Shown: in pieces, positions 1 through 9,000 of the stretch
Layout of the letters: every line of letters begins with the position of its first letter
Numbering within the stretch: position 1 is the stretch's first letter
Assembly (NCBI GenBank): GCA_043826435.1
Contig: JBDRQF010000012.1
Location: 1 to 14,059, forward strand
Length of the DNA stretch: 14,059 nt
Source: Elusimicrobiota bacterium
GTDB taxonomy: Bacteria; Elusimicrobiota; Endomicrobiia; CG1-02-37-114; JAHJSO01
Direction of reading: 5' to 3'
The notes under the pieces: model-generated
Databases searched by the model: none
What the model was told of the DNA's origin: nothing
What the model saw: the letters and a program-made list of their open reading frames with translations, nothing else
Translations under genes and position numbers: made by a program

Positions 1-1
1 C

Positions 2-3000
2 AACCTTGCAGTTGAGCCCAGCACAACTGTATTCATGACAGGCGGGGTTGCGACTATTGCGACAGCCCGGGTTAGGTCTGCGGGCAATCAGACCATTACT
101 GCATCTGATAATGATGGGGTTAGTCCTTCACTTGATTCTCATACCTCATCCGTTGTTTCCGTTAAGTCCGCAACCGCTGCAAAACTGCAAGTCCTTGCAC
201 TGGGAGAGGTTGCTGTGCAGGGCAAACCGCCATGGACACAGTCGCCTCTTGGCGGAAAGGCGGATGGTAATCCACCATCATCACAGATGGCCGGTTCATT
301 TGTTACAGTAACTGTGAACGTGTGTGACAGGTACTGGAATGTTACATCAAGCAAGGAGTATGTCCGGGTGCAGAGCAACGATGTAAATGCACAAAGCCCT
401 GATGTAAACGGCGTAAACGACCCTTATGATTTGTGGGTAACTTCCAGCGAGGTCATATCAAACAAAATTAAGCTTGTCACTGCTGACACCGGAAGATATG
501 TGAAAGCAGAGGACCTAAACCCAGGCGTTGACCCGAATTTAGAATGGAACAGGTCACAGGATATAGAAGTTTATGCAGGAAGTCCTAATAAGTTACTTGT
601 AACAATGCCCTGGGAGACAAGAAGTCCTGGTTCTAAATTAGGTAAAATAAAGACAGGCGAATCCGTTACGACAGCAGGAACACTCCTGACCGTAGAGGTA
701 GCACTGTGTGACAGTTATTTCAATGTGGTGAGCAATGTTGGTATTACCGTCCAGTGCACTACACCTAATGACCCGTATGATGTGGAGCCATCACTGGGAA
801 GTACCCCCGGCTCCGGACCTGCGCTTACATCATTTAGTTGGACATCAGGGCTTAAAAGGGCAGCGACATATCACTATGTTTTTGCAGATACAGCTGATTA
901 CAGATACTATCCTTATGAGACATACGATTTTGTCGCTTCTACATTTACAGTCAGGCCAACCACTGCTGACCGACTGCAAGTTGTCCTACCTGGCGAGTCC
1001 GCCTCATGGGGACTTGAAACAAACAAGGGCAAGACAGGCACTCCTCTGACACAGATTGCAGGGACGACCTTCTATATTAGTGTGAACGTGTGCGATAGAT
1101 ATTACAACAGATATGACAGGAATTTATTCCCGTTACTTGACCCGCTTGCAGGCGACAGCGTCCAGACGGACGTTGATACCTCCGATTTGTATGATCCAGA
1201 ACCGGCAGTCAGTTCCCTCATTGACCCCCTGTTCACCCAGATATTCCCGATAAACCTGAGGACGGCAGCCACGACACACATAATTTCTGCAAGGGATGTT
1301 GACGCAAACGAGCCGCACAGCAGTTCTGATACAACGAAACAATTCAAGGTGATAGCTGCTGCGCCGACACAGTTGTTTGTAGTGGTTCCGGGTGAGACGG
1401 CAGTTGATGGAAAAAATACATCCCCTGTCGGCAGGATAGGAACACCGCAGCAATGGATAGCAGGAGATAGTTTCAATGTTACTGTCCTATTGACCGATGA
1501 CTACTACAACAGGGTATTCAGCAGTTCCTGGGTCAGGGTTACAACATGGGACCCGATTGATTCTGAAGATGCTAATTATGGGCCGCTTCAGTTGAGTGCG
1601 GGTCAACAGCAATTCTATGTAACCCCGAAGACCGCATCATCCTCATGGACTGTTACATCGGTTGACGCTTCAACCGCACCAACTTATGCAAGTAGAAACA
1701 GCAGCAATGTCAGGGTATGGCCTGCCCCCGCACACTTCATCAGGTTTGAAAGCGGATGGGATCCTGTAACAATTTCAACATATGCGACTGCTGGTTCCGG
1801 TTACAATGTCCGGGCTAATGTTTACGACCAGTATAGGAATCTGTGTTCAACCGGTCCGAACAGATACACGGGCCAGGTTACTTTTGATGCAGAAACGTTT
1901 GCAAACACCGTCCAGAACCCGACGCCCCTGCCCGGTTCCGCTGAGTCATATTATACTTACACCTCCACGGATGCCGGCTCACATGTATTCTCAATTACGC
2001 TCAGGAAATCAGGCAGCAGATGGATAAAGTGGAGTGATACCGCTAATTCGGCGATTAGTACAGAGGTCTCCGGCTATTCCACAAGGCCATATATAGATGT
2101 TAAGCCGGGTCCCACACAGAAGATTGCATTTACAGAGCCAGCTTCCAGCGTTGATCCTAAATATGTAGAAGCAGGAACACTCGCTACACCCGGCAAACAG
2201 TGGATAAGGGCATTTTTGAGCGACCAGTATGAGAACCCTGTGCCGCAGGCGAATGTGCCTGTTTTAATAGATGTGATAGATGTGTCCGGTTCAACAGGAA
2301 CCGTCCGGGATTCTGCCGGAAACGTTGTTACTTCAACGACGACGGATTCAAACGGAGAGATAGGCGCTACCGGGAGAGAACTGTATTATCATATTTCAAC
2401 AAAAGGAGGCGATTTCGCAAAGATAAAACTTTCAACAGGTACCAACTCAACAATCAGCGGCGCATCAGTGAAGGTAATGACCACAGGAGGACAAACGGCC
2501 AAATTTGCTTTTGTATCCGTCCCCGCCGAGATTGAAGCAGGGGCAAAATCCTCAGTTATAACGATAGAAAAGAGGGATGACTTTAACAACCCGACGGGCA
2601 AAAACGATATGTACATTGGTCTTTATTCCGATTCTCCTTCAACAGCAAAGAAATTCTGGCATCAAACAACAGATACAGTCATCACCCAGGTATTCATCCC
2701 TGGCTGGACGGATTCAACACTTGCCTGGCCCGTTCCTTCCACTTATTCAAGGGCAAGTTTCAGATATTCTGACCCGTATTCCTCATGGCCTGTGGGTGAG
2801 GACGGTTCACCCAATACTGCAACAGCAGGGCTGACGGCAAGGCCATCTTCCGGGAAATGGACACTGACAACCCAGTGGACCGAAACAGTAAAAGGTACTG
2901 CCACCGTAACGGTGAATCCGGGTGCAATAGCCCGTCTTGGTTTTGATATATATCCGACGACATCAGTCCCGCTGAAAGCAGGAATGAATATAGATAAGTT

Positions 3001-6000
3001 TGACAATTATTCAATAATTGAAATAGAGACACAGGACAGTTACGGTAACCCGAGACCTGTAAGCACCACAACTGTTATTAATTTAGGTAGTGTCTCAGGA
3101 GCAGTTGATTCTCTCAGGATTAATGACAAAGGTTTTCTGACGGATAATGCAAAAGATATTGATTCGGGTAACCCGACAACCGCTATAGGCAGAGGTTATT
3201 CATTCAGTGTCTCAACAACATGGGTGCATGTTGACACGGTCACCATCTCTGCACTCAATTATGCCACAACCTTTTATTATGCAGACACAAAGGCAAGCAA
3301 GATGTATCCGCCATATTATGACATTGCACTTTCAACAACCCCGACAATTACCACCTCTGGTGGCGGATGGAACGGGAGTCAGTACATTGCAATTATGCCG
3401 GCAGTTATAAGAAAAGCGGGTTTTGCCTCACTTCAACAGACACTTACAGCCGGCACAACCTCACAGGCATTTTTAATACAGACACATGACCTATTCTCAA
3501 ACCCATCTGCATTGCCAGCCGGATATGAGGACGTTTCTTTCACGCTCACATCCAACAGTCCCGGTACAACGGGTAAACCTGTTAAATTCGCATCTCCGTT
3601 TAGTACATCCACATGGACCGACCAACCGGGCACAGCAAAAATTGCAATCGGTTCTGACACCACAACCTTTTTCATGATTGATACAAAAGTCGGTGGGTGG
3701 CTGACTACAGTTGACCCGACTGGTTCAGGGACAGCCGAGTGGGTGGTTGCAGTCCAGACCTACACGGTAGTCCCTGCGATGGCTCACCATGTGTCATTTG
3801 TAACTCAGGAGAGAAAACTGATTGCCGGCACAACAGTCCAGTTCACAGGGACTGACCCGTTAGGCGCCTCAATCGGTACGACTACCGTTTCTGCATACAA
3901 CCCGTATGCGACCAGCCCCCTGCCAGTTACCCTTACGCTTTACGGCAACCGTCCCAGACAGAACACGGTTATGGAGGTGCAATTAAGGGATGAGTTTGAC
4001 AACATAACGACCTCAACCGACAATGTGAACCTGTCAATACAGGACACAACCACAAGGACAGGCAGGGGCGGGACTGACCCGGCAAAAGACCTTATGGATA
4101 CGTCATGGTCAAATATATGTGCGTCTGAGGGTGGCGCCTTAATCGGAATAATATCCCCCGGTACGACCTCGTATTCGTTTTATTATTACAATACGCTTGT
4201 AGGCACGCACACGATACGGGCGGCAGGGACAATGTTCGGCAAACCACTTTCTCCTACAACGCAGAATGTCTGTGTCACGGCTGCACCCGTCAGATACCTT
4301 ACACTGCACCATAAACACCCGGAGAGCAATCCTTTGCCGGTCCACCTGCCGGATTCAATTGACATTATCGCAAGAGACAGGTTCGGGAACGTTTCAACAG
4401 GCGATTCAACGAACGGCCAGTACTACACGGGCACGGTGAAGTTTGGTCACACAGGCGGCTCTACCACGGTTAGATTGAGAGCGATGCCTTCCGATACTAC
4501 GTATTACACGTTTGTTGGGGGTGACAGGGGTGTGTATAGGGGGTTGCAGATAGTTGACCAGACGTACGAGACAATAAAAATCTCTGCGACAAACTACGCC
4601 CTTGTGACTGTCCAGGCGCTGGACTATCCGCCCGTGGGCCAGATATACGGATACACGAACGACGGGAACAGGGAAGACATTGCTGCCGGATGCCCCCGTT
4701 CCGACGGCGATTTGGTCACAGCAGGCATTGTGGTTGACTCCGTTACTGACCCGAACACACTGTTGTCCAGGACACACTATGAAAGGCGGGGAAATATATA
4801 TCAGGGTGACGGGAACACCGCTACAGAATTCCCGCCATTTAACATGCTAAGACTTGATATGATGACAATGCCTTCAATCGTCAACCTTACTGCAAAGGTT
4901 GACCAGATACGGATTGACAGGGTTGGGACGTTGCCCGCCGGGGATATCACCGAAGTTGCCCTCCATTTTGATTCAAACGGGAACGGATATTTTGAGCCGG
5001 AACAGACAAAGGGAGGCGATCCGACTGATAGGAAATTGGTGGTTGCAGAATACGATGCAGGCGTTGACGCGTGGTATTTCAAAAACCTGGGGACAATGCC
5101 GGAGTGTGAAATAACGAATTCAGCCAGAAGATATTTTGTGGCTATAAGGGTTTCCACAATGTCTGAAACAAACAGGAATTTTGGTTTCCGGCTTGCAAAC
5201 TATCAATATATTTCAAGTTCAGGGAGCGTAGGCGTGGCTGCAAACAATTTTGAAATAAGGACAAGCACGTGGCCCGTCCTGAAGGCGCCGGCAAAGGTTT
5301 CTGCAGAGGTTGTTGATATAGCGGCATTCTACCAGTTGACAGGGACAACAGAAACAAAGAGGTATCCTTATGCGTATCAGGGCGAGATAAACGTGGGGAT
5401 GTTAAGAATCGGGTTTCGGACGAATGAATTTACGGCGGGACTGCAGAAGATAACCGTCGGGAGGACCGGTTCAGGCACTGACGATGATTTGGTCGGTATG
5501 AAAATCTTTATGGACGGTGCGGACACAAATAAAGACGGCAAGATTGATGGCGGTTCTTCAGCAAACGGGATTTTTGAATCAGGACTGGATATGCCGCTTA
5601 CTGACTGGATAAGTTTCAAAACGGCGACCGGCAATGCTACCGGGACGCTTTCAACCGTCCAGATTATTGAACCGACTACCCGTTATTTCTTTGTTGCCTA
5701 CGAGTTTCACAATTCCGCTATTCCGGGCAATACCCAGGGAGCAAAAATGAATAGTTTTGAGACCACAGAAGAGGAACTGCCATATGCCTTGGTTGAGTCC
5801 TCAAAGGTAGTTATATATGCCACGATTGATGAGACGGACCTCAGGGAATTCAACAAGAAAGAGCCGAATAATTTCAGTATCCCGTCAAACGCGACCCAGG
5901 GGGATAAAAACGTTGCGGTTATGCGTCTGACTCTCCTGACGCTTAAGAGGACGGCGCTCTGGAGTGGAATAAAACTGGACAGGACAATGAGCAGGGACGG

Positions 6001-9000
6001 CGTAACAGGTGAACTGAAAGGGGTAATGAATAAACCGACGGACATTGATGAAATCAAGGTGTGGTATGATGCCAACGGGGACGGCCTGTTGACCCCTACG
6101 GCAGACGGGTCGGTTGACCGTCGCATTGACCAGACGGGTGACGCTTACACCACCACAAAATTCCCGGCGTCAACCCTTGCTTCCAGCATAACCTCAACAG
6201 GTACTGTAATACCCGTAGGAAACATTGAAGTATTCTTCCCGTCAAACAGCAACCTGCCCTCCGTACCTGGACGGCTTGTCATAAATGACGGTTCTACGGA
6301 GCCGGCAAAGATTGAAATTGTCCGTTATTCCGGGGTTGATATGACAAATAAATTATTTACGGGCGTTGTGCGCGGCATAGACAGGTCAACGGCGCAGGCG
6401 CATGTCCCGGGGACAGTTGTTTCGGGTCAGGCCCGTCTGAACATTATTGGCGACGTTCAAGGGTTGCAGGAAATTAAAACAACTGCGAAGGATTACTTTA
6501 TCACGTTTAATGTGAACCCTCTGGCCGTGGTAGGCGAGACAAAATTGGGGCTTGAGATTGCTTCAACCGGATACTTCGGCATTGTCTCTCCTGACTTTTT
6601 CGGGAACAACTCAGGGAATGTTGGGCTTATAACCCCGCGCGGGTCGGGAAAGAGCCAGGCATCCATTGATAAGATAATGGAATATGCGGACGTGGTCACG
6701 TGCAAGGGGTATGACGTGCCTGATTCAACCACAGAAGATTTTGTCCAGAACAGCACGGACAATGCTGTGTATAAATTCACCCTTGAGACAAACCAGTCAG
6801 ACGCAAAATTTTATGGTTTACGGGTCTATAGCACAGGGACTGCAACCAGTGACGGCCTTGTAACCGACGAGGTCTCGGTTGTCAGAGTATGGTATGATGC
6901 AAACGGCAACGGAGATTTTGACAGAAACTATGATTTGTTTATTGCTTCCGCGATGTTTAACAATACAGGGCTGCCGCTGATGTCGTACATAAAATTTCCA
7001 GGGGATAAAGTCCGGACAATAGGGACCACCCCTTCCGAGTTCTTTATTACCTATGACATAAAACCCGAGGCACTCCCCATAGACCCTGATACAAACCAGC
7101 CAAGAACATTAGGGGCATATCTGACTGCGGAGAGTTTCCCGCTGGGGACAGACGGAATTTCTTCACCAAACACTGTGAACACCGCAGTATTCCCGCTGAT
7201 TAGCAAACAAAGAAAAATTGTTGCGAGCCCGAGGACGGTGTACGTCAAATCAGCCCCGGTATTCTCCGATGAGATGGGGAGCGGCAATTATTTGAGTTAT
7301 GAATCCCCGCGGTTAAACGGCGGCATCGGCGCGGGTGATACGACAATTTCGGTCTATTCAAATGACAACCAGTCCAACCCGATATTATACTTCCCGACAT
7401 CCGGATACATTCTCATTGACTCGGAGATTATGAGTTACACGGACAAAACCGCACTCACACTTACGGGCGTGCAGAGAGGTATATTAAACAGCGACGCAGC
7501 AAGCCATTCAAGCGGGACCATAGTAGGGTTGCAGTTGATTCAGGGGGCAAAGAACCAGCCGGTTATAAAACTGGAAATGTGGTGCGACGGCTTCCAGGTT
7601 GAGTGGAGTTCAATTAAAATCAGGAAACCCCTCGTAGGCACGTTGAATAGCGAGGATACGGACATATCCTGGGTAAAGATATACAGGGATGGCGGCGGTG
7701 AAAAGGGCCGTTTTGACCGGCGATCAGACGGGACAGTAACCGATAAAGAGGTGTTCCTCGGCAGTTCAACGGTCGGAGCAGGCGGTGAGCAAAACACAGT
7801 AACAATTGCATTAAATGACCCTGGTATAAACAGGAATTACGAGTTAATTAAAACAACGCCCAACGTGTATTTTGTTGTCATTGACGTTAACCCTGCTGCA
7901 AAATTCTGTCACCCGCAGATTGACAACGTGAACGAGGTCACGAATCTTGTTGTAGAAGACAACACGAGAATAATCATTAACAAACCCAGCAAGGATTTGT
8001 CTCACATCGTTTCAACCTACGTGCCTGTGGGAGAGCCCCCTTACCCGCCGGCATTCCCGATTAATGCCCCGAACTCCCCGATTCTTGCGACGGTTGATAC
8101 AATGTGGGTTACACCAAGCAAGGAAGCCCCCAACGACGCAGCACAGAATCAAAAGAACGTTAGGATGGCGAAACTTACGATAAAGGCAAACAACAATACT
8201 GCCATATGGCAGAAAATAAAGGTTGATTTGATAGGCAGCGGGGTTGACGGGGACGTGGAAAACGTAAAGGTCTGGAGAAAGACATCGTCGACAGAACCAT
8301 GGGTTTATACGTCAACGATAACGATATCAAATGAGTTTTACGGGCTCGTTACCCAGGGCACTGACAGGTTTGCAGACAAGACGGTCACCGTTTCAATTAA
8401 GCCATTTAAGCACAAGGAAGACGGTAAGGAGTATCCGCATACAGTTTCAACCGATGATAGCATCTATATGATTACTTACGATTTAAGCCAGTATGCGGGG
8501 ATTGGCAGGGAAGTTGGTTGCAGAATATCCGATATTTCTTACTTTACGGTCCAGGTGCCTGACATCGTCGGTCTAAACTGGTCGCCACTGCCGTTTGAAA
8601 CGGGACTTACAAAAATAAAAGAGGCAAAAAGTATTGTGAGTATCAAGATGCTGGACTCTGCAAAGTATGTTGTAACCACATACCAGGCGCAACAGAGGGT
8701 GCCCATAATGCGTCTGAAACTTTATACCGATGTGGCTGACGCGAAATTGGACGCGATACAGGTTGAGCGGTTGGGTGGCTCCGTGCTGGAACAGGGGACA
8801 AAACCCGAAGGGAGGAATTCGGACGTAAAATACGTAAAGATATACAAGGACAGCAACGGCTCAAAAGAATTGGAGGCGACTGACGATGTGATATCAGAGG
8901 CTGAAACAAAAATAAGCAGTTTCATAGTAGGCGGTAGTTATTACAATTATTTAAGCGACCAGGTAACTGCCCCGTTCGGTATTATCGTCCAGGCGACCTC

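Noticed and set aside
35..37. ATG35 as the true start of the giant protein
   Set aside because: The frame is open from base 2, no signal peptide follows, and the sequence appears to begin mid-repeat.
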